A DNA stretch of 64,000 bases from Octopus vulgaris. Taxonomy: Eukaryota. The position numbers and the translations under genes were made by a program. Below are positions 40,101 through 52,978 of the stretch, in pieces. Position 1 is the stretch's first letter, and each line of letters begins with the position of its first letter. The DNA is taken from NCBI GenBank assembly GCA_951406725.2, contig OX597815.1, forward strand, positions 51,708,001 through 51,772,000, written 5' to 3'. The notes under the pieces were generated by a model. The model saw only the letters and a list, made by a program, of their open reading frames with translations. It was not told where the DNA came from and did no database searches.

Positions 40101-40990
40101 GCCGCCGCCGCCCAGCATCTAACGCTGGAGATGTATTACAGTGTCAGCAGTTTTCTCTACCACACAAAAAGTAATACCTCTTATTTTTCAAGCACCTTCC
40201 GGAGTATTCGAGCGGTTCCGAGCAGTGCTGTTTTCTGCAAGTGCTCCACCCTTATTGCAGTCCATATTTGACCACGTACTTCTCAAGACCTTTGCTCACT
40301 GTTCCCAGGGCTCCAACAATTATTGGTACTACTGCTACCTTTTTCATCGACCGCAACTGCTTAACTTCCCAAGCTAACCTGTCATATCTCTTGACTTTTC
40401 TTTCTTCCTTATCGAATACTTTGTTGTCAGCTGGGCATGCTATATCTATGATCCAGCATCGTTTGTTTTCTTTCTCAATTAAGACTATGTCCGGCTTCCT
40501 ATTCTCTATCTCATGGTTGCACTGAATCATAAAATCCCATAGGATCTTTGCATTTTCATTTTCAACAATGCCAATTTTTTGCTCTGCCAAGTCCATAATT
40601 GTTGCAAAGTGTCCAATGGACAAGCCTGGCTATATTGTCATGGCGTCTCTTATATTCTTTCTGGGCTAGTGGCATACATTGGCTGGTAATATGCCATACG
40701 GTTTCACCGTTTTGTCCACAAATTCTACACTTATCACTTTCTGCTTTGTTGTCAATTCTCTATTTTATGTAGTTTGTTCTTAGTGCTTGCTCTTGGGCAG
40801 CACAGATTAGAGCCTCCATTTCCAGTTTTTAATCACTTTTAATCATCCACAGCCATCTTTTTTCTCTGTTTCTCTTATCTTCAACATCCCTATGAAATTG
40901 ACCATGCATTCTTTTCTTTACCCACCTATTTTCAGTTTCATTCGTTTTCAATTTCTTGTATAGTGCTACTTTGCAATATCTGCATCTGTA
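40101..40990 (-). mobile_element. R4/Dong-clade LINE 3' fragment (RLE) next to a (TAA)n array
   Basis: CCHC zinc knuckle, KRRHDNIA, ILWDF.IQ...I..RKPDIVLIEK...CWIIDIACP, VPIIVGALGTV; Dong/R4 elements are known to target (TAA)n. Confidence 0.85.
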
Positions 40991-41274
40991 CTAAGTTTTT
41001 AGATATGACCATCACCAAGCGCATTGGATATGAATATAGTCCCAAACTGAGGCAATGCAATGTAGATATAAATATTAGGAATAAACACTCTAAAGAAGAA
41101 GTCAATAGATTAAGAAATTATAACTTTATTGTTTAAACCAGTTTAGATTAATTTTCTTATTTAAAAGAATATAATATAATATTAAATTCTATCATATTTA
41201 TCATAAAAGTGAACTGCTGAGATACTGTTTTGTCAGCTGGCTTTTTTTCTGCTATTTAACTATCAACTACATAT

Positions 41275-41615
41275 TGAAAGAAAAAGGGTAAAGGCCCCCT
41301 TCAGTCATGAATGACCATGGGATGCACTTAGAAAGTTTCCCTTTGAGGCACAAGTCTGAGCAAGGTTGTTTATGGAAGACCAGCAGTTGCCCATGTATAC
41401 CAACTTCCTCTTTCCATGCTGCTGATTTATCCAAGGGAAAGGCAAAGGCCAATACAGCTTGGCACCTGTGACACTGCAACTCATTTCTACAGAGGAATGA
41501 ACTGGAGCAATGTGAAATAAAGTGTCTTGCTCAAGGACACAACACACAACCCAGTCCAGGAATTGAACTCACACCTTATGATTGTGAGCCCAACGCTCTA
41601 ACCACTGAACCAGCT
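41275..41615 (-). mobile_element. SINE family C (tRNA-derived)
   Basis: On -: cagtggttagagcgttgggctcacaatc...gagttcaattcc (A/B boxes), then tgtgtccttgagcaagacacttt; related copy at about 52180-52320. Confidence 0.75.
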
Positions 41616-41814
41616 GGCCTATTAGGCCAATATTGGAATAAAATCCACATTTACAGTGGGGGATCTATCTGTTGAATGGTCATTGATGGTTGGAACAGTT
41701 TGAAGAGGCAACCAATAAAATAGGCCCACTTTCTTTTCAACTCTCTTATAAATAATGTCTAAACAAAGCCTACTAGGATCATTTTTAAAATGTTATAAAT
41801 ATGTAAAAAAAATA

Positions 41815-42390
41815 GATGAGGACAGCTGTGTAAAGAAGGGCCAATCTTTAACTGGAGGGAACCTGTGGAAGGGGTAGGCCCAGGAAGACATGACACAAGA
41901 TGGTGAAACATGATCTTCAAATATTAGGCCTCGTGGAGGCAATGACATGTGACCAAGACCTTTGGTGATATGCCATGCTTGAGAAAGCCCATAAAGCCAA
42001 GTGAAATCATAATCATAACCAATGTCAGTGTCATGTAACTGGTACCTGTGCTGGTGGCACATAAAAAACAACCTTTAAACGTTGGACCTCACATAGGCAA
42101 TGACAGGTGACCAAGACTTTTGGCAATATGTCATGCTTGAGAACCATGAAGACAAGTGAAATTGTAGTCATGGCCGATGCCGGTATCACATAATTGGCAC
42201 TTGTGCCAGTAATGCATAAAAGGCACCACCCATTAAACTCTTGGCGCGATTGGTGTTAGGAAAGGCATCCAGCCATAGAAACCATGCCAAATCAGATTGG
42301 AACTTGGTGCAGCCATCCAGCTTGCCAGTTTCAATCAAACTGTCTAACCCATGCCAGCATAGAAAGCAAATGCTAAATGATGATGATGAC
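41815..42390 (+). mobile_element. RTE-clade LINE 3' fragment
   Basis: EGTCG.GRPRKT relic, 3' UTR and (ATG)n tail; same family as 25280-26765. Confidence 0.78.
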
Positions 42391-42509
42391 TAATAGGCAT
42401 TGTAACTATATATATACTCCAAATTATATAAAATAACTCAGCTTAAATAACAAGTGATTTTCATTTATGAAAAATAAATGATTATTATCATTTCCTTTTC
42501 TTTTTTCAG

Positions 42510-42530
42510 GAAAACCAACATTGCCAGAAG
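42510..42530 (+). CDS. FASTKD5: FASTKD5-like 21-nt micro-exon (exon 5)
   Basis: tttccttttcttttttcag|GAAAACCAACATTGCCAGAAG|gtaagg; strong splice sites, symmetric phase 2-2, open frame (R)KTNIAR(R). Confidence 0.7.
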
Positions 42531-43621
42531 GTAAGGATTTAACTGTCATAAAATGAATGGACAACTATTCATGTTGAGCATATATATACATTTTTTTCTT
42601 TATTGTCTGTTGAAATACTGATAAGTTTTGTTATAGTAGAAATGGTATACCCCTTTCACGGGACAAGTGGTATGAGTTGGCTACTATACAGTGAGATGAC
42701 ATCAATCAGTGCAGGGAGTCGTGTGTCAGTCATTGTAGAGTTGTTGTACGAGTTCTCATTTGGAGTTGTGTCAAGTCACAGTCAAAGTAGACAGTTCAAA
42801 TTTGGTGTCTTGCGGAGCTATCAGCGATAGCACAACAGATGTAGCAGTGTATTACTATTCAGATATAGAAGAGATACACTGTATCCAATACCAAAAAAGT
42901 ATCGTGACTACTAGAGTAGATACAACAGCTACAGTCACAACAGTGGCCACACATTATAACTGTGGAAAACACCACATCATATGTTTTTTACAGAATTTTA
43001 AATAATTATTGCTTCAGTCTCTTTTGTGTGTGTGCATGCATGCGTGTGAAGTAGGCAATAGTTGGATAATTCCATGGGGGCAAAAACTGATGGTTTAAGA
43101 AAGGCTGGGTTTGGAAATGAGAAAGAGATCAAGTTGTTTAGGGTGTGTATATGTTTGTTAAGGATGCATATAAGGAGTGAAGCTAATTGTTATAAGGAGT
43201 TAGGATTGCAAAAGATTCAATCTTTACAGCACAGTCTTAGTATGGAGTGAGTGCAAGGACCAAGAGGAAGTCTTCTGAAAGAGAGAGTAAAGTAAGATAG
43301 ATGATGGATATCCTTAATGAAGGTCATCTTTCACCAAGATATGGTCAAAGAGTTGTTAGTGGTTAGATGAAGCAAATATATTTAGGGAGATGATGGAAGA
43401 AGAATTTAAACCAAAGTAACTGGAAGAATGCAATTATGTGTAGACACTGCCTTATAAAACAAAATATAAATATAATGTCTTATCTGGAAACCTAACTCTT
43501 TTTGTAAAAAAATGCATGTAGTTCAATATCTCAGTGTTGTAAATTTAAGTCCCTCTAGACTAGTAAAACAAGCATAAAGAATGATGTGAAACTATTCTTT
43601 GCTTGCAATATCTGACTTCGT

Positions 43622-44110
43622 GTCAGGACATGCATAAGATCTGGTCATCAAATCTAAGTAGAGACTTCAAACTTGAAATCTTCAAAGCCACAGTCGAACC
43701 AATTCTACTATATGGCTCAGAAACCTGGACGTTATCAAAGAAGCTTGAGAGGTGGTTGGATGGAACCTACACTCGCCTCCTTATGAGAGCTCAAAATCTC
43801 TTGTGGAAGCGCCATCCAACCAAAATGCAAATATATGGGAAACTACCACCTATGTTATCTCTTGTGAAAGGTAGGAGAGTCCAGTTTGCTGGACATTGTT
43901 GTAGAGCCGAAAACAAGGCAATTTCTACTCTTCTCCTCTGGAAACCATCTGCTCGCTATACCAGAGGGCGCACACTCTCCTACCCTGATGTAATCTCCAG
44001 GGATACAAGCATCCAGCAACAGGACCTCCGTAATGCCATGTTGGACCGTGAAGTCTGGCGTAGCATGGTAAATTCCATTGTCTCAACCACGGTCGAACAA
44101 TGATGATAAT
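43622..44110 (+). mobile_element. RTE-like LINE 3' fragment (second family)
   Basis: KIW.S.LSR.FKL.IFKATVEPILLYGSETWTL...LDGTYTRLL; RR.QFAGHC; tgatgataat tail. Confidence 0.85.
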
Positions 44111-44469
44111 GCCATGACAGAAAAATCAATATTTATAACACTTCTTAAGGCAATGAGCTGGCAGAATCATTATTGTGATGTGCAAAATGCTTAGTGGCAT
44201 TTCCTGTCTTTATATTCTGTGTTCAAATTCTGCCGAGATTGACTTTGCCTTTCATCCTTTTCAGGTTGATAAAATAAGTACCAGTTGAGCACTGGGGTTG
44301 ATGTAATCGACACACCTTGTCCCGTTAAATTATTAGCCTTGTGTCAAAATTTAAAACCAATATTTATTACACTTTTTTTAATCATTTATTATTTTATTTT
44401 TTTTTTTTTTTTATGATGTGAATTACTATGTTGATGATAAGTTGTAATTTTATTTTATTTTACAACCAG

Positions 44470-44587
44470 AATTGCCATCCAGGTAGCAGGGCCAAACCAG
44501 TGTTCTCTTACTGAACCACATGTGATCTTTGGAACCTATCGTACCAAACTGAGACAGTTAGAATTGTTAGGTTATGAGGTTATTCTA
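44470..44587 (+). CDS. FASTKD5: FASTKD5-like coding exon 6 (RAP domain)
   Basis: accag| RIAIQVAGPNQC...GTYRTKLRQLELLGYEVIL |gtaagt, the RAP motif K.RQL..LGY.V; phase 2 to 0. Confidence 0.92.
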
Positions 44588-44735
44588 GTAAGTATTCTGA
44601 CTTTACCACCAATCAATATGTAGCAGCCAAACTGCTTGTCAAAGTTAATTAAGTGAATATTTACTCTTTAAGTCCTGGTCGTCTTGTCGTGGTCTGTCTC
44701 GTAACAACTAAAATTGCAAAATACATCTTGGGGTT

Positions 44736-44946
44736 TAACCCTTTAGCATTCAAACTGGTAAAATCTGGCCCAATTATTCTACTTGCTTTATGTTCAAACT
44801 GGTCAGATGTGGCCTCTCATACCTCCCTTATAATGTCATTCAAAAAATATAAAATCACTTCATTGAAATCTCAAAGCTTCAAGATAATACATGATTAATT
44901 CAAAACAATGTGAATAAGTTTGACAGTCTGGATGCTAAAGGATTAA
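44736..44946. mobile_element. TTAA-flanked MITE
   Basis: ttaaccctttagcatt ... gatgctaaaggattaa. Confidence 0.78.
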
Positions 44947-46387
44947 AGAGTTAAACCTTGTAAGAATTGAGGTTGCATGCTATTTATGTAAAAAAAAAAC
45001 AATAATTATGCCTTTAAAAAGTGTTGGAGTTGTATTAGTTAAATCAACTCTCATTATCTCAAATCAATCACTGACATATTAAGTCGTTGACATAATTCAT
45101 TTTGTTTCTGTTAGTAAGAAGTAAATCAATGGCAACAAAAGAATCAGCTTGACTTATTGATTTATAACAAAATGCTTCTCTCTACACTTAATGGTAAACA
45201 TTTTCCCAACACTTCAACATCTGTTAACATTTGTAATTATATCATCATCATCACTCATAATAACAATGGTGTCTCACTTTAGAATATGGCCATAAATTAA
45301 TACTACCTCATTATGCTACTGCTGCTTGTTTTGTTTAGCCTGGAAGGATCATAGATAAAATTTTACTTGAACTCTGCAAGTTGTAGGAATATAGCTTAAT
45401 CTTGGTTTCAAGTTTTGGCACAAGGTCAGCATAAGGGATGGATACGTCAATTACATCAGCCTCAGGTTCAACTGGTACTTGTTTTTCCAACCCTGAAAGA
45501 ATGAAAGGGCAAAGTTGACCTCATCAAAATTTGAACCCAGAATGTAAAGAACCAGAAGAAATGCTGCTAAGCATTTTGTCCAACTCATTAACAGCTCTAC
45601 CAGCTCACTGCTTTAATACAGCTAAATATTAGAAGACATTTAGATCAGCACCATACCAAATCTCCTTGTCCACTACCTGTACTATAATAAACAATAAACA
45701 AGTAAAAGAGCTAAGTGCTAACAGCTGACAGATGAATCTGTTTAAAATATCATTTTATGATATTTTATACAGATTTAGCAAAAGAGGAAGTATAACATAC
45801 TCATGTACGTATATCTCTTTTTTCCTCAGTTAATACCCACTCACTCACATTTATAGCAGTGACATCATCATCATCATCTTAAAATACCTTTTCTAATATA
45901 CTATACAGTCTTTTGTACTGCATATTGTTACTTGTCTTAATCTTTTGTTTCCTTTCTTGTAAAGCCCAAAATCTGGAGGTATGAACTTACCAATTCTTTC
46001 CATGTCTTTTATTGTCTTTCTCTACCACAAGTATCTTTCACTAACTGCATACAAAGCATTTCCATAAACAATTATCATCTAATCATACTACACAGCCTAC
46101 CAACTCAGTCACCTATCCTACATATATCAACTGATACCTTTAACGGTCCCTTGCCCTTTTCATACAGATTGACACTAATCAGCCAGTGGATCATCTTTGT
46201 CTCAATACCTTCCTGCTTCCACAGATCTTCATTCAGTTCTATGGTGCCACAATCATGTAGCATAAGATTTTTTTGTACGTGGTTACTTCCGCCTGTCAAA
46301 AGGCATCACAGACAACAGGTTTTAGGATTACTTCATAGTTAATTGATTAACAGAATGAATGGTATCATCCACTATCAAAAGACTTGC

Positions 46388-47100
46388 TTCATCATCATCA
46401 TTTAGCATCCGCTTTCCATGCTGGCATGGATTGGACAGTTTGACAGGAGCTGCCTAGGTTCCAATTGTCTATTTTGGCATGGTTTCTACTGCTGGATACC
46501 TCTCCTAACACTGACTACTTCACAGAGTGTATTGGGTGTCTTTTACATGGCACCAGCACAGGCACTTTTATGTGACACCAGCACAGGTGCTTTTATGTGG
46601 CACTGGTACAAGTGCTTTTTACATGACACCAGTGCCTGCAAACCCTCAAGAGAAAGACCGCTTGGCTGAGTAAGGGACAGAGAGGACATTCATGTATATA
46701 TGAATGGCCACAGTTTTACTTAGCTTGACATGTCTTGTTAAGCACAGCAAACTACCACAAGTCTCGGTCCCTCAGTCCTCCAGTGTCTGGAAGATCCTTT
46801 CTCACTACTTCATACCACATCTTCCTGGGTCTACTCCTTCCACAGGTTCCCTCCACAATTAGAGATCGACACTCTCTTTATGCAGCTATCCTCACCCATA
46901 CACATCATATGATTATACCAATGCAGTTTTCACCCTTGCATGCAACAACTGATGCCTCTCATATCCAATATTTCTCTTAAATCATTTACACTCTGTCGTA
47001 TATGCATACTGATATTACTCATCCAGTGGAGTATGCTGGTTTCATTTCTTTCAAGCTTTCACATGTCCTCTGTTGTCACGGCCCATGTTTCATTGCCATA
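46388..47100 (-). mobile_element. RTE-clade LINE 3' fragment
   Basis: Same family as 25280-26765; (CAT)n at the left end. Confidence 0.72.
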
Positions 47101-47509
47101 TTACCTTTTCAAAACCTATCTTTATCATGGTAGCATAATAGATAGGGAAATAGATGTAAAACAGTAAAGACAGAAAAATGATAAAGAAGTAAGGATGAAG
47201 AATATCTTAGATTTGCACAAAGCCATACATCTGTAGAGGTGTAGTGTATGGTCTTTTGATTCAAGCTCAGTATATACTGGTACTTGTTTTATCAATCTTA
47301 GAGAGGTACACAAACAGAGAAACCTTTTGTTGAAACAATGGAAACAGCTGCCTGAACTTCTTGTTGCAAATTACTCTAACTAATCAACTTCTACAACTTG
47401 TAATTATGTAAAAATGTATGGGTATGTGTGTGTATATTTGTGATGGAGAAAGAGTTGGTTAGAGGGCATGTCTACATATATTAATGTATAACTTTCTTTT
47501 TAACTTCAG

Positions 47510-47623
47510 ATACCTTCAACTACAGCAAGACATTTAAACGAGAAATTAACTTTTGATGAACAAAAGGAGTGGATTCTTCAGAATATTATTGAGAAATTCA
47601 ACATAAATATTAACAACACATGA
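47510..47623 (+). CDS. FASTKD5: FASTKD5-like terminal coding exon 7
   Basis: tttctttttaacttcag| IPSTTARHLNEKLTFDEQKEWILQNIIEKFNININNT*; phase 0. Confidence 0.82.
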   Translation: MPSTTARHLNEKLTFDEQKEWILQNIIEKFNININNT

Positions 47624-47662
47624 AACTCATTTATTTCATTAATTAATTATTATGATAATACA

Positions 47663-47685
47663 AATAAAATTATTGAAACAATAAA
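47663..47685 (+). terminator. Candidate polyadenylation signals
   Basis: AATAAA at 47663 and 47680, 40-60 nt after the stop; AT-rich context weakens this. Confidence 0.5.
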
Positions 47686-48920
47686 GATATTCTTAAACAT
47701 TTATCCTAATTCAATCAGTTTACTGAATCCTGAAGACTGTTATTTGATTTCCTCAAACTTCAGCATAATTATCATCATCATCATTGTTTAATGTCCACCT
47801 TCCATGCTGGCATAGGATGAACGGTTTGACAGGAACTAGCCAGGCAGAAGACTGCACCAGACATCTGTGTCTGTTTTGGCAAGGTTTTTGTGGCTGGGTA
47901 CCCCCAACACTGGCAGGGTCACCAAGTAGCTTGCAAGACAGATCCTTTGAGAGGGGAGGGAGCATTGGAGGAGGTGATTTTACGTCAGATGATGAAAGGT
48001 TAAAATGTGACAGAAACAGGTATCTTACTGTAGAGAAGACACATGGTTACCTGGCCAGTGAGAGAAAGAGATCCAAAATGAGGACAGAAATAGGTGTGCT
48101 ACTGTAAAGGAGATACATGGTTGCCTAGCCTGAGGGAAGAGCAGAAGGAGAGAGAGAGTGGGTGACAGCAAGAGTGTTCTGGGCATACAAGGGACAACAT
48201 AATAATGTATTTATTCAGCTCAGACATCAGCTTTAACATTCAAGCACACAAGTTTACATGTGACCACTTTTGTTACAAATATCAGATTTCAACCAAGATG
48301 TACTACAAGATACCTAGAGCAGAATTCATTTCTGTGAAAAATAGAATAAAAAAAAAAGGATGTACAGGAGACCATCAATGAGTAACAAAATGAAAATGCC
48401 TTTTGAAAACAGGGTTGCATGAAATGTGGTGACAATCCAGTATGAAATCTTTATTGTAGAATGAAGTGAAATAAATTTTTATTGGTTTTTTTCATCATCC
48501 TATCCTATGAAGAAAGATTTTAGTGTGATAACTCTAACCTAGAATAGAAACTAAATGGAAATTGTGCAGCATAGAGATTTATGATTTAGTTAACCTGGAA
48601 ACCATTTTGGCAAAAACTTATTGGTAGACATCAGCAAGAGTCACACTCTTTTATCTTTGACTTGTTTTAGTATTTAGTCTCTTGCCATGCTGAGGTACCA
48701 TGTTTAAAGAATTCTAGTTCAACAAATTGACACCAGTACTTTTGTTTTTTAAGCCTAGTACTTATTCTATCAGTCTCTTTTGCCAAACTGCTAAATTATA
48801 GGGATGTAAACACACCAACTGATTGTCTGGTGAGGAATAAACACACACGTACAGATATGTATAAAGCCAGGAGCGTTTTAGCACCCCCTCATATATATAT
48901 ATATATATATATAAGGTAAT

Positions 48921-49238
48921 GGAGACTGGTACATCATCAAATTTTCTTTTAATTTTCAGTTGATTGTACAGTATAGTTGACAGACCGGTGTTTCTACTGC
49001 ACAGAGTATGTGCAGTTGCACATGCAACCCAGCATAATCTTCTGTGCACTTTCATTCAGGGTCTTTTAACAAGTGAACTGACGTCAGTTCACGTCCACCT
49101 ACACTTGTTGAAGGACCTTGAATGAAAGTGCACAGAAGATTATGTTGGGTTGCATGTGCAACTGCACATCCTCTGTGCAGCAGAAACACATGTCTATCTT
49201 TGTAACCAACTGGGAAATTTGGTGATGTACCAGTCTCC
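48921..49238. mobile_element. Fold-back/MITE-like palindromic element between (TA)n tracts
   Basis: Termini ggagactggtacatca / tgatgtaccagtctcc; long inner arms; TA runs on both sides. Confidence 0.8.
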
Positions 49239-50592
49239 GTATTCTTTGTAATATATATATATATGTATGTATATATGACAAACTTCTTTTAATTTTCATC
49301 TACAAAATCCACTCACAAGACTTTGGTTGGCTCGAGGCCATTGTAGAAGACACTTACCCCAAGGTGCCATGCAGTGGGACTGAATCGGGAATAGTGTGAC
49401 AGACTCCTTACATCAAAGACCCAATGATATTAACATTATGATGGTGCAGCCAGCTTTCAATTAAAGCACTAGGATCAGAGGTGACAATAAGCAATTCATA
49501 ACAAATAACTTTCTATAACATCTGTAATGTAATTTTATTCACTTCTCCACTTCATGGTTCTAAATGCCTCCTATAATACAATTTTGACCACAACCCCTTC
49601 ATGGCTATCAAAGTTCTCCTAGGAAGTAGTATGTGACGCTTTGGGAACTCCTGTTTGACATGGTCACTGAACCTGCTAGAAACAGCAGCTAAATCACTCT
49701 CACATCACACCTTTCTGTTTTAAAGAAAATGGAAGGGACATAAAGACAATACAGTAAAACGTCTTTATAAAGATAGAATGGTTGTAAACCTGTTTAATCA
49801 GAGCTGTTTTGTGATTGAACAGAGGCAACAAAGAACAGCAAAATTATTTTTTAAATTTTATTACCTTCTGTTGGAAGCTAATGCAGACTCTAGTTGTTGG
49901 CTCCTTTTTATACCTAATACTAATCTAGAATGAGTGAGAGCAGATGAAGTAAGAAAGCATTTGGTTACATGAGATATCAGCAGGTATAATCAAAATAAAC
50001 AACTTCTCTAGTTTGCACGTGTGATATGAATAGAAGGTATCAGTTTATCAGCTTTGTGAATCAGTGTTGAGAGATAGCTGGAGAATGTTTCCATAGCAGA
50101 GGCAAACCATTGAATTCCTGATACAAAAGCAGTCAGCTTCACAGAGGAGAGAAAAATATGGAAGATTGGTATATTGAAAGAGCTTGTGACCTATGCCCTG
50201 CTTACAAAATCTGAAGTTAATCCTTTTTATACCAATCCAGCTGAAACTGCCTCTGGCTCTGTGGTACAAATGTCTTGTTTTCAAAAGTTCTGAATTAGAA
50301 TCTTCTACCAAACCTTAGTCATAATTTATGTTCTTATCATTAGCTTAATAACTAAGTTATTTTACTAAATTCTTTGTTATATTTAAAATTATTTGAAAGA
50401 AACACAGAGCATCTCAACAGGAATATGTTGACTAAAGGGTTAAATCAGTGATAAGGTTAAGTCTGCATTTGTAATTCATATATTGTTTAGCACCAAGTCA
50501 GCTCTAACTGAGGGGAACTATGATCAAAGGTTTTGCCAGCAGTGACTCTCCTTTCTTTTTTGTAAAGTATAATGTATATAGAACAATGTTAT

Positions 50593-50904
50593 CCAATGTA
50601 TCTTTCCTTTTTATGATAAAGTACATATTTCCTATCAACTCATATATATAGAAAGAGAAGGAGAAGAGAGAAGAGGCTGTGCAGTAAAATGTACCTAGTC
50701 TATATTATAAAGTGACTCATCATCATCATCATCATCATCGTTTAACGTCCGTTCTCCATGATGATGATGATGATGATGGAGTCACTTTATAATATAGACT
50801 AGGTACATTTTACTGCACAGCCTCTTCTCTCTTCTCCTTCTCTTTCTATATATATGAGTTGATAGGAAATATGTACTTTATCATAAAAAGGAAAGACACA
50901 TTGG
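50593..50904. repeat. Near-perfect inverted duplication, about 145-bp arms, centred on an RTE tail
   Basis: Arms differ at only a few positions; centre is (cat)n cgtttaacgtccgttctcc (atg)n. Confidence 0.95.
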
Positions 50905-50929
50905 TGATAGGAAATACATCCAACCACAG

Positions 50930-51365
50930 ACACCCTGTTTCACTGCCATGTAGCATAGCTGTTCGCACACAAGCATCATACAATTTAACTTTCACTCTGA
51001 GGAAGAGATTCTTTGTTGCCAGAAGAGGTAGGAGCTCTATGATCTTTGCCCAGCCTATTCTTATTCTCACAGCTATGCTCTCAGTGCATCCACCTCTGCT
51101 ACTAACTTGGTCATCTAGATAACAGAAGCTATCTACTACCTCTAGCTTACCTTATTGGCAGTTGATGGGATCTATTTTCAGTGTTTATTGCACATGCGCA
51201 TCTTTTACACACAAAAGCTATCTTCCTCTGATATTGCTGCACCTCTTATGTGTCCATAGCATACATCTTATGGAGTTTCAACACATCAAGCAGGGCCATC
51301 TACCTGAAGGGATTTGTGATTTGTCTGCCTTCATACTTACTAAGACTGTAAATTTATTCACTGTA
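50930..51365 (-). mobile_element. RTE-clade LINE internal fragment
   Basis: RIRIGWAK..ELLPLL..K...LRVK.KLYDACVRTAMLHGSET. Confidence 0.8.
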
Positions 51366-51507
51366 ATGTAATGTAATTTTATGTTCAAACTGGCCAGATC
51401 TAGCCCCTCACACCTACCCTATAATGTAATTCAGTGATGAAACAATCACACCATTGAAAATCCAAAAATATGAGATAATATATGATTAATTCAAAATAAT
51501 GTGAATA

Positions 51508-51697
51508 CGAGTTGCTGAAGCATGGAATAAACTGCCTGCGTCAGTTGTTGACTGCCATGACACTGCATCCTTTAAGGCCCTCATGCTTTCCGAAATCCGC
51601 CGAAACTACACCTGATTATATATACACTTTAGATGAGTTGTAGTGCACCTGAGCACTGTACACAATTATTATTATTATTATTATTATTATTTATTAT
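51508..51697 (+). mobile_element. CR1 3' tip nested in a MITE (about 51377-51733)
   Basis: gagttgctgaagcatggaataaactgcc...gcacctgagcactgta(att)n interrupts the MITE body. Confidence 0.72.
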
Positions 51698-52878
51698 AAG
51701 CATTGCCTTTGGCAGAGTAATCTGAATGCCAAAGTAATTTAATTTAGAGTTCAAATTTTGTTGTGATCTACTTTGCCTTTCATCTTTTTGTAGTCAGTAA
51801 AATAAAGAACCAGTTAAGTACATCATAATTATCATCATCATTATCAACCCCTGGATTTCATAGCCTCAACTCCTAGGACTCATAGGGCAGGTAATCCACA
51901 TTCCATGATCTGTAAGTGACTGCAATCACAATATTTACCTGAAAGGAAGGCAGCAAGCTGGTAGAGACATTAGCATGCTTAGCAATATTTTGTCTACCTT
52001 TACATTCTGAGTTCAAATTCTGCCAAAGTTGACTTTGCCTTTCATCCTTTCAGGGTCGATAAATTAAGTACCAGCTGTGTACTGGGGTCGATCTAATCGA
52101 CTGGCCTCCCCCAAAATTTCAGGCCTTGTGCCTAGAGTAGAAAAGAATATTCACCTGAAAGCGATGCCTATCTATCTCAGGGTTACTCATTTACAGCTAA
52201 GTGAACTGGTGTAACATGAAATAAAGTGGTTTGTGCAAAAACACAACACACTGCCTGTCTCAGGAATTGACGCCATGATCTCCTTTTTGTGAATGCAACA
52301 CCCTAACTGCTAGGCCACATACATTGACTCAAGTACTAATATCATTCGATGTGTCCTTCCTTCTTATGATGTGACATGAATTTTCTGTTATCTCTAAACA
52401 ACTGACTGTTCTCTCTCCCATAAAACAAATTATTTTCTGGCCTTGTGTTTCATTTTATTTACAGTTACATTTTTAATGAGGTGAAGCAACTTCACTCTTT
52501 TGACAAGTAACTTAATTTTTGATACAGTTTTAGAGAGAAACATACTTGCATATCATTATGAATTAAGTCTTACATAAAATTTGTTTCTGGTTACAAATAT
52601 TATTGAGAACTTAATTCTTATTCACAATGATCAGTGACAGGAACAATGAAAGGCTCTCCACACAGTTTCTAGAGACATGCATAATTTGTGTTTAGTGAGT
52701 TGTAATTACTTCAAAATTCCAGTATTTTTGCAAACCTTATATAACCCAATTTGAGAAACCCTGATCTAGTTTAACATTTCATCTTTCACATAGTAATTTC
52801 ACACCCCCAAACAATCTCTTCTTATCAAATTATAAAAGAGGAATACAGAAACAGGATCTTGCTTTATTTACTAATTAA

Positions 52879-52881
<3 letters not shown>

Positions 52882-52919
<38 letters not shown>

Positions 52920-52929
52920 GTGTGTGTGC

Positions 52930-52975
<46 letters not shown>
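52882..52975. repeat. (TG)n microsatellite
   Basis: Direct reading. Confidence 0.97.
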
Positions 52976-52978
<3 letters not shown>

